A DNA stretch of 60,897 nt from assembly GCA_050633245.1 (NCBI GenBank), contig JBOEGD010000007.1:1-60897 (forward strand), given 5' to 3'. Below the pieces are notes generated by a model. That model made no database searches. It saw only the letters and a program-made list of their open reading frames with translations, and was not told the origin of the DNA. A program made the position numbers and the translations under genes. The number at the start of each line of letters is the position of its first letter. The first letter of the stretch is position 1. This stretch comes from Calditrichia bacterium. GTDB taxonomy: Bacteria > Calditrichota > Calditrichia > RBG-13-44-9 > J075. Of the stretch, positions 41,003 to 51,212 are shown piece by piece.

Positions 41003-42421
41003 GTGAAAGCAAAACTGCTGTATTTCTCCCTTCTTTTTGGAATATTATCCTCCGTTTTTGCTCAGGAGATTATTGAATTTCGCGGTAGCGTAATCGATCG
41101 CGATACCCGTTGGAATGGCACAGTTCGTATTTACCAGGACATTATCATAAAAAAGGGCGTCACGCTTTCTCTGGAGCCGAAAACTCGCATCATCGTGAGA
41201 CATCGCAAAGATCGTGGCAATGCTGGTTTAGCAAAGGATAAAGTGGAAATCATCGTTCATGGACGATTGATAGCACGTGGCACTCCTGAAACCGGCAAAA
41301 TTGTTTTCACATCGCGTTCCCAAAACCCTCAAATGAACGACTGGTACGGCATTATCCTCAAAAATCCTCGTCAGAAATCAATCATTGAACATTGCGTCGT
41401 TGAATACGCTTTTAAAGGCATTACTTGCTATGGCAGCAGTCCGGAGATCAGTAATTCAGAAGTTCGCTTTAATCACTATGCCGGCATAAGTGCAGAGGTT
41501 CGAGCAAAACCGTTTATCCGTGACTGCATTATCATTGGAAATGACTTTGCCGGATTAAACTGTGAACTGGGCTCGAAGCCGATTGTCGAAAGAACCATTA
41601 TTACTCAGAATAACAATGGTGTTATCGTATTCGATCGTTCTCAGCCCGATCTTGGACGCGTCGCATCGGCCCCCGGCGAATCCACCGGAGAGAACCGTAT
41701 CTACAATAATTTTGAAGTGGATATTTATAATAACTCCAGTTTGGAAGTTAGCGCGCAGAATAATATCTGGAATAATGCGACAACCGAAACAGTGATGCAA
41801 AAGATTCGCGATGTTGCCGACAACAATCAGTTCGGCGCAGTGCTTATCCTTCCGATATTTAATGAACCTGCTCTGGTAGCCAGAAATCGTCCCAGGCGTG
41901 TCGCTCCTGTGATAGAACCACCTGTGGCACAAGTGGAAGAAGAAACCACAACGCCTTCAGAGATCCAGACCCTGCCTGAAGAGCCGCGAATAACAGGCCT
42001 TCCGGATTTAGCACAAAATACGCTCGACACAAATTCCCTTGGTCAGGAAACACTTACGGTATACAAGGAAGAGGTTGTTGCTCGAAAGCCAGATCAACAA
42101 ACAGCCGCTGTGTCGTTAAAAGAACCCATTATTGAGGCACTTCTCGACGGTGGCAGTCGAACGTATGTTGCGAAAGCAAAAGCGTTTTACCCTGAAATCT
42201 ACAAAAAGACCGGCTTCGAAGGTCGAGTCTTTTTAGAGGTTATTGTTGGCCGTGATGGTAAGATTGAAAACCACCAGGTGCTAAAGAGTGATGGCATTTA
42301 CTTTACTTACGCTGCCGAAGAAGCATTGAAACAGATGCGCTATGCACCCGAAACGTTTCAGGGAAAACCGGTTCGCTATAAAATAATAGAGCCATTTATT
42401 TTTAAACTCGCCAGCAAGTAG
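41003..42421 (+). CDS. Signal peptide + right-handed beta-helix + Pro-rich linker + TonB C-terminal domain (paralog 1)
   Basis: GTG start at 41003 gives the signal ...SSVFA/QE; beta-helix repeats (DWYGI, IEHCVVEYA, GI.C..S.P.I); TonB_C YPE..KTGFEGRVFLEVIVGRDG...AAEEALKQMRYAP...GKPV. Confidence 0.8.
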   Translation: MKAKLLYFSLLFGILSSVFAQEIIEFRGSVIDRDTRWNGTVRIYQDIIIKKGVTLSLEPKTRIIVRHRKDRGNAGLAKDKVEIIVHGRLIARGTPETGKIVFTSRSQNPQMNDWYGIILKNPRQKSIIEHCVVEYAFKGITCYGSSPEISNSEVRFNHYAGISAEVRAKPFIRDCIIIGNDFAGLNCELGSKPIVERTIITQNNNGVIVFDRSQPDLGRVASAPGESTGENRIYNNFEVDIYNNSSLEVSAQNNIWNNATTETVMQKIRDVADNNQFGAVLILPIFNEPALVARNRPRRVAPVIEPPVAQVEEETTTPSEIQTLPEEPRITGLPDLAQNTLDTNSLGQETLTVYKEEVVARKPDQQTAAVSLKEPIIEALLDGGSRTYVAKAKAFYPEIYKKTGFEGRVFLEVIVGRDGKIENHQVLKSDGIYFTYAAEEALKQMRYAPETFQGKPVRYKIIEPFIFKLASK

Positions 42422-42531
42422 CCTACAAATCCATATCCAGCTCGCTTGCCGAGAATCACACATCCTTCAAATAAATCACACCACATTAGGCCACGCTCCT
42501 TGAAGAAACGCTTTATTTATCCGGTAGGATT

Positions 42532-44055
42532 ATGTTCGTAAATAAATTACTGATATTGCTGATTTTCAGCATGGGTGCCCTGATGGCTCAGGACATTCAG
42601 GTTTCCGGCACGATAAAAAAAGATGCCAACTGGTCCGGAACCGTTATTCTGACTGGCGACGTTGTCATTGCTGGAAACGTAACTCTGAACATTGCTCCCG
42701 GAACTCGCATCTTCGCCAAGCCACGTAGTGACGATCAAAAATCCGGCGCGCGTGAAGATCGTATTGAGCTAATTATTCTGGGAACGCTAATCGCCAAGGG
42801 CAAACCGGAAGAACAGATCGTTTTTTCAGTAGACTCCCCTGCCCCGATAATGCAAGACTGGTATGGCATTATCTTTCGCGCAAACACGTCTCAATCCCTT
42901 TTAGAGTATTGCCTCATTGAATATGCATATAACGGCATTGAGTGTAGCGGGAGCTCGCCTCTTATCCGCTTCAGCACAATTCGCTACAATTATTTGAATG
43001 GCGTTCTCTGTGAGATTCGCGCTAATCCGCTGATCGCCAGCAGCATGCTGATTGAAAATGGAATGGCCGGGCTATTTTGCGATCTGGCTTCCCGACCACT
43101 GGTAGAGAACAGCATTATTTCGCGTAATCGACAGGGCGTCGTCATATTTGAGTCGTCGCGTCCTGATCTTGGTCAACTTGTTGAAGGCCCCGGTCGCTCA
43201 ATAGGTGAAAATCGTATTTTTAACAACTCTGAATATGATATCTACAATCGCTCGGCTGAAGCCATTTCTGCACAAAACAACTTTTGGAATAGTAATGATG
43301 CCGTTTCTATTTCCAGCAAGTTAAAAACGATAAGCTCGGGCGATTCAAATGAAGGGTCAGTCATTTTCGAACCGTTTTTGCCACAAGGCCCATTGCTTGC
43401 CGAAACCGAAGAAGACATCGCACCAAGACCTGCTTTAGCTGCTGAGAGTAGTGCCGGTAAGAGTCGTAAGCAACCTGCCCGATTGAGGCGCCCCAGACGA
43501 AAACCGCGTCCGGGCAAGATAACACCACCACCGCCACCTCCGCTCAAACAGCCCGAGCCAGATACACTGTTAACAGAGGCAGAAAGTAGAAATCGCTCCA
43601 TTCCACCAAGTCCATTTGAACTGGATGTCGAGCTAACCGACAGCTTGGTGAACAAATCTATCCTTGGAGACAGCCTAAACGAGAGTCCCATAGCCGAAGA
43701 ATTACCATCCGAATCGCCGGAGAAGACAATAGAAACAAGTCGGCTCGTATTACCACCGGGCGAACCTTACATTGAAATGATGCTCGATCGCAATGAACGT
43801 GAATACGTGGAAAGACAGCGCCCGGTTTATCCTGCAGCATATTTAGCCTCAGGCGTAGAGGGAATTGTTCTAATTGAAGTGATGGTAGAGAAAGATGGTC
43901 GTATCAGTCGCTACCGCGTCCTGCGCAGTGATGGCGATGCCTTTTCGAGAGCTGCAAAAGAAGCTCTTGCAGCCTATCGCTATAAACCGGGCACCGTGAA
44001 TGGTACGCCGGTTCCTTACAAGCTTGTGGAGCGGTTTACGTTTGAGATAGAATGA
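42532..44055 (+). CDS. Signal peptide + beta-helix + Pro/Arg-rich linker + TonB C-terminal domain (paralog 2)
   Basis: Colinear with 41003-42421; PVYP...GVEGIVLIEVMVEKDG...AAKEALAAYRYKPG..NGTPV. Confidence 0.8.
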   Translation: MFVNKLLILLIFSMGALMAQDIQVSGTIKKDANWSGTVILTGDVVIAGNVTLNIAPGTRIFAKPRSDDQKSGAREDRIELIILGTLIAKGKPEEQIVFSVDSPAPIMQDWYGIIFRANTSQSLLEYCLIEYAYNGIECSGSSPLIRFSTIRYNYLNGVLCEIRANPLIASSMLIENGMAGLFCDLASRPLVENSIISRNRQGVVIFESSRPDLGQLVEGPGRSIGENRIFNNSEYDIYNRSAEAISAQNNFWNSNDAVSISSKLKTISSGDSNEGSVIFEPFLPQGPLLAETEEDIAPRPALAAESSAGKSRKQPARLRRPRRKPRPGKITPPPPPPLKQPEPDTLLTEAESRNRSIPPSPFELDVELTDSLVNKSILGDSLNESPIAEELPSESPEKTIETSRLVLPPGEPYIEMMLDRNEREYVERQRPVYPAAYLASGVEGIVLIEVMVEKDGRISRYRVLRSDGDAFSRAAKEALAAYRYKPGTVNGTPVPYKLVERFTFEIE

Positions 44056-44061
44056 AAAACG

Positions 44062-44222
44062 TTCAGAGTTCCAAATTCTAAGTTCAAGGACTACAAACGG
44101 CAATTTGAAGACGGCGATGATCGGGCGCTTTGCTTACCGGGCGCTTCGCTTATGGGACCTTATCTCTCACTGCCTCACTGCCTCACTGCCTTACTGCCGA
44201 TTTCCGATTTCCGATTTCCGAA
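44062..44222. repeat. Compound tandem repeat tract (TTCNRAR heptamers, 16-mer x2, CTCACTGC x3-4, CGATTTC x3)
   Basis: cgggcgctt(t/c)gctta x2 at 44122-44153; ctcactgc units at 44166-44197; cgatttc units at 44198-44218. Confidence 0.85.
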
Positions 44223-47200
44223 TCACCTAACCAACAACATCTTCCGCGTCTTCACAAAATCTCCGGCCTCTATGCGATAAAAATACACACCGCTACTCAC
44301 GATATTGCCAGACTGCGATCGCCCATCCCAGCGCATGTCATAGCTTCCTGCACTGAGCTTATCGTCTACCAGTGTGGTCACTTTTTGCCCCAACACGTTA
44401 AAGATGTGCAGCGTTACCTTTTGGGTTACTGGAATCTGAAACTTGATCGTCGTTTCCGGATTGAATGGATTGGGATAGTTCTGTGCCAGCTCGAATGTAA
44501 GCACGGGGGTCGTTTCATCACCGATGGCAGTCAAATACTCTGGCGTAAACTCATAAATCGCCCCCTCTGCAATTCCACGTGTCAGGAGTAATTTCAGTGT
44601 CCCCGGAGATTCCAGAAATGTACGGCCGGGACGAATTTGCGTCCAAAGTGCCCACAAGGTCGGCACCGCACCAAAAAGAGCGCCACCATCAGTATATCCG
44701 CCACCATCAACAGAATTATAGTCGCTGTCCATAATAAACAGATATTCTCGTCCACCCAAGCCACCGGTCGATGTTGGATTCCAGATCATATCTGCGGTAC
44801 CGGCATTTGCGTCCTCAACAAACACAATGTTAAGCCTTCTGGGGTTAGCCGGGTCTTCAACATCATAGGCGGCTCCCTGAAATGTACCGAGTCCGGCATG
44901 CTCATAAGCTGCATGACGATTAAATACATTCGCATTTGTAATAATGTTCGAATCAAAAATTATTTCTATTTCCTTATAGTCGGTTGGAGCAACAGAGCTG
45001 CCAAAAAAGTTGCGGCCTAAATCAACTCCGCCAAAAAAAATGTTGCCACCCCAGTCAACTCCTGTCAGCCAGCGCTCTCCCCCTTCCCATACCCACGGAC
45101 CAATAACATCTTCCGGAGTGGTTTCGCCACGCGTTACCAAAAAACCGTCGGTCGGAACGCTATTGTGAGGAAACTCATCGGGATAAGGATGACCACTTAA
45201 CAATTGAGTCCCGGCTGTCAAATTCTCAAGCGAATATTGCGGCTCGCCACCAGAAGATGTATCGTCGAAGCTTACCCGGTAGGTATCTCCTGTTACTAAT
45301 GCCGGGTCAAATATTCTGAATCCAAGCTTTCCTTCGGTGCTCCCGGCAACACTTGTCATCAGATAATCCTGAGGTTCATCAGATAGTGCCGCAACGTAAA
45401 TGCTGAGGGTATCCTGCCAGCGGTTAGCGTTCTCATCTTCCATCCGATAAACGACTCGTACGCTATCATTTCCAGGAAAGGCCGCATCTATGGTAAACTC
45501 CATATAGGGTTGGGTCGTATTATAAAGCCAGGAATACGATGCATTCGCCGGAAGAGTAGTGACAATCTGCAATCCATTGACAATTTTCAGATTCTTCACA
45601 GCGTCTCGATCGGGAGTTGAGAGCTGCAAAAAACTAACGTTCGGGTAATTAAAACTGCCTCTATTTTCAACCTCAAGCGTGTAACGAATGTTTTCACCGG
45701 GATTTACATTACCATCTTCATTCAGATTATCTGAACCTACTAAGATCCTTTTGACAACGACAGGGCCACTGGTGGAAAGCTTCTGCTCTGCCTTTTCCCA
45801 AAGAAAACTAAACCCTGCCTGGTACTCGGCATCCAGATCTACGGTTAAGCCGCTGGAAAATGGCGTTGTACTCCAACTGGCTCCCCAAACTCCGTCACCT
45901 GCAGCGCCATCATTATGTAAACCATCATCAAACATTTGTATGTCGGCGACAAGTGTCTCATTCTGATCCCGAACGTTCAGATCGAGAGCAGCTAAATCAT
46001 TGTTTATTGCGCGAAATCTAACCTCGTTAACTGTGGCGCCATAAACTACATTTGCTTTAAGTTCGATTTGGGTTGGAATTTTCCTGAATCGATCTTTCTG
46101 AAGTGCAGCGGCTAATAACTGGTGTTCTCGTAATTTTTCAACACTTTCAAGATGCGACTCACCTAAACCACCCATCGCCGCATAAATAACCTCCTGAGTA
46201 TCACCAGGCTGCATATAAAACGGCCCGCTGGTAAGAAAAATTCGCCGGTCTCCGGGTGCCAGATTATTTCCCTGATTATCTACATCTCCGATATTTGTAA
46301 GTGGATCTCCGCTTAGTGGAAAAGCAGTTTCCTGACCCGTGTTGGGTCCAGCTCCAATGATCCAGCGCATATTGGTATTTGGAATATAGCCGTTCATAAA
46401 ACTATACCATTCTTCGGTAGCCTCGTAGTCGCCAAACGGCCCAGGATCGGCAATCGATGTACCGGAAGAGAAATGACCAAATGAAGTCATCTGTAAATTT
46501 TTGAAGTCGGCTATACGTTGAAAATTAACGGTTGCACTATCCCCTGGCGAGGAGACGATCGGCCCCTGTAGCAAGGCATACCCTGCCGCAGCAGGAGCAA
46601 GTCCGAAGGCATCATATTGATCATCAACCGGGAAGCCATTGTAAGCATATCCCATATTCCGAACTGTATCGCAGCCCGCCAGGTCATTTGTAAAATTACC
46701 CACATCAGGATCGGACCAGCGCGTAACAAACGTCGAGTCTATAGCATATCCCGACTTGTTGATGATTCGATAGCGCTGAAAAGTCATATTAGCAAGTGAG
46801 CCGCTATCCCCCTTATATCCCCACATGGTTGTTTGTATTTCCAGCCCCATGGGTGGAGAGCCATATAAACCAACCGTTGTGCTTTCGTCCAGGTCATGCG
46901 TAACAAACCAAACCACCTGATCGGCATTGGCCAATCCCGGCTCATCCACAGCTGGTTCGTAAGTGCCATTATTGTTGTTGTCATAGAATGGTGCCCCTAT
47001 ACCCGCCGGCCAGGTTTGCCAGTCAAGAGCATATTGGTCAAGTACATCCTGTGCCTGTTGAGTGGTTACCTGAGACGGGTCAATCTGATTGATTTCGGCT
47101 GCATCGAGAATCACATCGGGGCTGGATGTTGTCAGATTTTGATAGTCACGACGTATTCGATAAATGCTCATCGGAGAGCTGGGAGTAGGATTGGGCCCTG

Positions 47201-47558
47201 GTGTTAAAACATAACCAGATGTCGTTCCTGCATTATATGTTTGACCGCCAACCCGGATCCCGGGTTTTGTGGGATCATTATCTCGTACAAATCCACCCCA
47301 AAGAATGCCGTCTTGGTAAATCATCTGAGCAGTTTGCCGCGGATAGGTTATCCCGGAATTACCGCTTGGCGTGTGAGCTGAAAGACCATCATTTCGAATC
47401 CAGCCTGAAATATTGTTGATATTCCATAAAGAATAAGGTGTAATACCCTCTGAAACAGAGTATTTTCTGTCCTCTTTTGGCCCACGAGCCTCAAGCATTA
47501 AGATGGAACCTAATAAAAGAACCGTTAATGTTAATAGAACAATGATACGAGATTGCAT
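44223..47558 (-). CDS. Large secreted protein (1111 aa), paralog A, with choice-of-anchor-X-like motif and Por/FlgD-Ig tail
   Basis: Signal peptide; NINNISGWIRNDG; FYDNNNNGTYEP (Ca-loop-like); MFDDGLHNDGAAGDGVW; C-terminal QNYPNPFNP...KMLLVR. Confidence 0.85.
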   Translation of the reverse strand: MQSRIIVLLTLTVLLLGSILMLEARGPKEDRKYSVSEGITPYSLWNINNISGWIRNDGLSAHTPSGNSGITYPRQTAQMIYQDGILWGGFVRDNDPTKPGIRVGGQTYNAGTTSGYVLTPGPNPTPSSPMSIYRIRRDYQNLTTSSPDVILDAAEINQIDPSQVTTQQAQDVLDQYALDWQTWPAGIGAPFYDNNNNGTYEPAVDEPGLANADQVVWFVTHDLDESTTVGLYGSPPMGLEIQTTMWGYKGDSGSLANMTFQRYRIINKSGYAIDSTFVTRWSDPDVGNFTNDLAGCDTVRNMGYAYNGFPVDDQYDAFGLAPAAAGYALLQGPIVSSPGDSATVNFQRIADFKNLQMTSFGHFSSGTSIADPGPFGDYEATEEWYSFMNGYIPNTNMRWIIGAGPNTGQETAFPLSGDPLTNIGDVDNQGNNLAPGDRRIFLTSGPFYMQPGDTQEVIYAAMGGLGESHLESVEKLREHQLLAAALQKDRFRKIPTQIELKANVVYGATVNEVRFRAINNDLAALDLNVRDQNETLVADIQMFDDGLHNDGAAGDGVWGASWSTTPFSSGLTVDLDAEYQAGFSFLWEKAEQKLSTSGPVVVKRILVGSDNLNEDGNVNPGENIRYTLEVENRGSFNYPNVSFLQLSTPDRDAVKNLKIVNGLQIVTTLPANASYSWLYNTTQPYMEFTIDAAFPGNDSVRVVYRMEDENANRWQDTLSIYVAALSDEPQDYLMTSVAGSTEGKLGFRIFDPALVTGDTYRVSFDDTSSGGEPQYSLENLTAGTQLLSGHPYPDEFPHNSVPTDGFLVTRGETTPEDVIGPWVWEGGERWLTGVDWGGNIFFGGVDLGRNFFGSSVAPTDYKEIEIIFDSNIITNANVFNRHAAYEHAGLGTFQGAAYDVEDPANPRRLNIVFVEDANAGTADMIWNPTSTGGLGGREYLFIMDSDYNSVDGGGYTDGGALFGAVPTLWALWTQIRPGRTFLESPGTLKLLLTRGIAEGAIYEFTPEYLTAIGDETTPVLTFELAQNYPNPFNPETTIKFQIPVTQKVTLHIFNVLGQKVTTLVDDKLSAGSYDMRWDGRSQSGNIVSSGVYFYRIEAGDFVKTRKMLLVR

Positions 47559-47673
47559 AAAACCTCCTTAATAATGATACTTCTCCCATTCTTTACGTAT
47601 TATGACCTTTTGTTTTTATTCTGATTTTTCCAGGTAAATCACATAGGGTTCGCCTGTCGATTCAATTCGCTCT

Positions 47674-47697
47674 GACTTCGACTCCACTCAGTCTGAC
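47674..47697. repeat. REP-like element of the GTCA...TCGAAG type
   Basis: The minus strand reads GTCAGACTGAGTGGAGTCGAAGTC, resembling GTCA-N3-GAGCGGAGTCGAAG extragenic palindromic repeats. Confidence 0.5.
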
Positions 47698-47764
47698 GCG
47701 GATCGCGTATTTTCTGTTTCTCACCTTTTCTGGCCTTTTCTCACAGTTGAATGCCGTTTGCCAA

Positions 47765-50700
47765 TCACCTAACCAACAACATCTTCCGTGTCTTTATAAA
47801 ATCCCCGGCCTCTATACGATAAAAATACACGCCACTGCTTACGCTATTCCCCGACTGCGATCGCCCATCCCAGCGCATCTGATAGCTTCCAGCACTAAGT
47901 TTATTGTCTACCAGGATCGTAACCCGCTGCCCCAGCACGTTGAATATTTGCAGCGTTACCTTCTGCGCTGATGGAATCTGAAATTTGATGGTCGTTTCCG
48001 GATTAAATGGGTTCGGATAGTTTTGCAATAGTTCAAACGTCAATGGCTTATTGGTTTCGTCGCCAATTGCAGTCGGATAATCAGGAGTAAATTCATAGCT
48101 TGCGCCAGGTTCAATTCCCCGATAAATAAATAGCGAGAGCGATGCAGGGCTTTGAAAGGCAGTGAACCCTTCTCTGGTTTCAGCCCAAAGTACCCACTGC
48201 GTTGGAGTACCGCCAAAAATAATGGCGTCTTCCGTATAACCACCACCATCAACTTCATTGTAATCACTGTCCATAATGAGCAGGAATTCCCTGCCCCCAA
48301 GAGCGAAGGTATCCGGGTTCCACATCAGGTCTGCGTTACCCCAAGTGGCATCTTCGACAAAAATGATGTTTAATCGTCTGGGGTTTGCCGGGTCTTCGAT
48401 ATCATACGCCTCACCAGGAAAAGTCCCAAGACCAGCATGAGAATACCCCATATCACGGCGAAACACGTTGGCATTGGTTGCCAGCGTAGAGTCAAATACA
48501 ATCTTCACTTCCTTAAAATCGTTCTCCTGTAAACTGCTCCCAAAGACATTACTACCGAGATCCACTCCCCCTTCAAATGAACGACCCCCAAAATTAACTC
48601 CGGTCAACCATCGCTCTCCCCCTCTCCACTGCCAATGACTGACATCATCCTCCGGCAGAGTCGTCCCGCGAGTAATCAAAAATCCATCTATGGCCGGGCT
48701 GGTATGGGCAAATTCATCCGGGTAAGGTTGATCGTTCAGCACAACGGTTCCGCTGGTTATATCTTCTAGCTGATACCTCAACACATCGACACTTAGCGAA
48801 TCCTCAAAGCTCACGCGATAGGTATGACCGGTTAATGCAGCGGCATCATAGATGCGATACCCAAGCGCACCCTCGGTATTGCCATTGGTTTTCGTCATCA
48901 AAAAGTCTAGCGGTTCATTCGGCAAGGCTGCGACAACAATGCTGACCGTATCCGTCCAGGTATTATTTTTGAAAGAAGTTAGTTGATACACCAGCTGCAC
49001 ACTATCTCCGGGTTGGACGCCCTGGTCAATTGTCAGCGAGAAGTATGACTCAGATGGGTTATAGGGAGTAAAGTAGGTGCTGTTTCCAGGAAGGCTTGGG
49101 ATAACCGGCTCATTATTGACCACCGTAAGCTCAGATATTTGCGAAGGCTGTAGCACTTTAACCTGGTTGATTCGCACTGTTGAGTAGTTGAAGGCACTCT
49201 GGTTTTCTACCTCTAACGTAAAGCGAATATTTTCACCTGGGTTCGCTACACCATCCTGATTAGTATTATCCGAGCCAATCAGAGCTTGAGATATACGTAC
49301 GGGGCCACTTGTTGTAATACTTTGGTCAATATCTTCCCACAGGAAATCAAACCCCTGCTGATAGGAAACGTTCAGATCTGCAGATACAGCGCTCGGACTC
49401 GGGGTCGTAAACCAGCTGTTTCCCCATATACCGTCACCCGCAACACCGTCGTTATGCTGGCCGTCATCAAACAGCGGCAGCGTAGTGATCGGAAATCCAT
49501 TCCCTGACTTTAGCAGGAGATCCATCGCAGAGGCATCTTGGTTCTCTGCACGAAAACGCACCTCATTGACCTGAGTGGAATTGTAAATTGTTTCAGAAGT
49601 GAACTTCACGCTGCCAGGTATGTTTTGGAACAGGGCTTTTTGCAGGCCTTCCGCTACAGCCCGATTTTTTCTCAGATTGGTAATACTCTCAAAGCGATTT
49701 ACTCCAATGCCGCCAACCAGCGCATATATTACTTCCTGGGTATCTCCCGGCTGCATGAAAAAGGGCCCTGAAGCAAGATAGAGTCGCCGATCACTGGGTG
49801 CTAAATTATCCCCCTGCCCGTCGATATCACCACTGTTGGTTACCGGATCTCCGTGAACGGGAAAAGATGTTTCCTGGTTGCGGTTGGGTCCTGATCCGAC
49901 ACGCCACCGAAAACCCGGGAATAAATACCCTTGCATAAAAGTATACCACTCTTCCGTGGCCTCGTAATCCCCGAATGGGCCGGGATCATGCGTACTGGAG
50001 CCCATATTTAAAACACCAAAAGAGGTCATACTCAGGTTTCTATATCCCGGAATTCGGTTAAAATTTACCGTTGCGCTATCCCCCGGCGATTCTATGACCG
50101 GCCCCTGGAGCACAGCATAACCGAACGCAGCAGGAGCGAGACCAAAAGCTGCATACTCTTCATCCTCTGGAAAACCGTTATAGACATATCCCAGGCCCAA
50201 CACAGAGTCGCAAGCTACCAGATCCTCGGCAAAATTGCCCAAATCAACATCAACCCACCGGGAAACGAACATCGAATCCACCGGATAGCCAGATTTATTC
50301 ACCATACGAAAGCGTTGGAATGTCATCTCACCCAGGGCACCGGATTCCCCCTTGTACCCCCAGAGAGTTGTCTGAACCTCCAATCCGATCGGCGGCGAGC
50401 CGTAGAGGGATGTGGTAACCAGCGAATCCAGATCATGCGCTACAAACCAAAGCACCTGATCGGCATCCGCCAGTCCGGGCTCATCGACTGCCGACTCATA
50501 GGTTCCATTACCGTTATTATCATAGAAAGGCGCTCCCAGATTTGCCGGCCATTCCTGCCAGTCGAGCGCATACTGGTCCAGCACAGACTGAGCCTGCTGC
50601 TCTGTTACCTGTGAGGTATCAACATCAAATAGTTCAGCCGCATCGAGGATGATATCTGCGCTGTTGGTCGTGAGTTCGTTGTAGTCTCTCCGGACGCGGA

Positions 50701-51097
50701 AGATTCGAAGAGAATTCCCGCTTGGCACCGGATTCGGTCCCGGAGTAGAAATATATCCGGATGTGGTTCCAGGTCGATAATTTTGCCCACCGGCACGGAG
50801 GGCGGGTTTGGATGGATCATTGTCCCGAACAACTCCCGCCCAGATAAGGCCATCCTGATAAACAACTCGGGCAGTTTGTCGTGGATAAGTTGTTCCGCGG
50901 GAATTCGAATGCGGACTAGAACCAGAATTCCCGTCATTGCGTATCCAGCCGGACTGGTTATTGATATTCCAAAGCGTGTAATGGGAATTCAGTGGCTCCG
51001 CTTGCTTTTGCTTACTCTTATCTAAATCCTGAGCGTATGCAATCGCTGTCATAACCAATAGAACAGATACGAGATATTTTAGTCGCGCTTGATTCAT
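47765..51097 (-). CDS. Large secreted protein (1110 aa), paralog B
   Basis: Colinear with paralog A over its full length, with the same motifs and tail. Confidence 0.85.
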   Translation of the reverse strand: MNQARLKYLVSVLLVMTAIAYAQDLDKSKQKQAEPLNSHYTLWNINNQSGWIRNDGNSGSSPHSNSRGTTYPRQTARVVYQDGLIWAGVVRDNDPSKPALRAGGQNYRPGTTSGYISTPGPNPVPSGNSLRIFRVRRDYNELTTNSADIILDAAELFDVDTSQVTEQQAQSVLDQYALDWQEWPANLGAPFYDNNGNGTYESAVDEPGLADADQVLWFVAHDLDSLVTTSLYGSPPIGLEVQTTLWGYKGESGALGEMTFQRFRMVNKSGYPVDSMFVSRWVDVDLGNFAEDLVACDSVLGLGYVYNGFPEDEEYAAFGLAPAAFGYAVLQGPVIESPGDSATVNFNRIPGYRNLSMTSFGVLNMGSSTHDPGPFGDYEATEEWYTFMQGYLFPGFRWRVGSGPNRNQETSFPVHGDPVTNSGDIDGQGDNLAPSDRRLYLASGPFFMQPGDTQEVIYALVGGIGVNRFESITNLRKNRAVAEGLQKALFQNIPGSVKFTSETIYNSTQVNEVRFRAENQDASAMDLLLKSGNGFPITTLPLFDDGQHNDGVAGDGIWGNSWFTTPSPSAVSADLNVSYQQGFDFLWEDIDQSITTSGPVRISQALIGSDNTNQDGVANPGENIRFTLEVENQSAFNYSTVRINQVKVLQPSQISELTVVNNEPVIPSLPGNSTYFTPYNPSESYFSLTIDQGVQPGDSVQLVYQLTSFKNNTWTDTVSIVVAALPNEPLDFLMTKTNGNTEGALGYRIYDAAALTGHTYRVSFEDSLSVDVLRYQLEDITSGTVVLNDQPYPDEFAHTSPAIDGFLITRGTTLPEDDVSHWQWRGGERWLTGVNFGGRSFEGGVDLGSNVFGSSLQENDFKEVKIVFDSTLATNANVFRRDMGYSHAGLGTFPGEAYDIEDPANPRRLNIIFVEDATWGNADLMWNPDTFALGGREFLLIMDSDYNEVDGGGYTEDAIIFGGTPTQWVLWAETREGFTAFQSPASLSLFIYRGIEPGASYEFTPDYPTAIGDETNKPLTFELLQNYPNPFNPETTIKFQIPSAQKVTLQIFNVLGQRVTILVDNKLSAGSYQMRWDGRSQSGNSVSSGVYFYRIEAGDFIKTRKMLLVR

Positions 51098-51112
51098 AAG
51101 TTCTCCGATGTT

Positions 51113-51189
51113 CGTGAGTCGTCTTGACTCACGCTTGGTTCCTGGGTATCAACTCACACTTGATTCGTATTCGTGGGTCTTGACCCACG
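51113..51189. repeat. Cluster of REP-like hairpins (CGTGRGTC...GACYCACG)
   Basis: cgtgagtc-gtctt-gactcacg (51113-33), a degenerate middle copy, and cgtgggtc-tt-gacccacg (51172-89). Confidence 0.7.
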
Positions 51190-51212
51190 TTACTATTTGT
51201 TGCGGATTGCCG

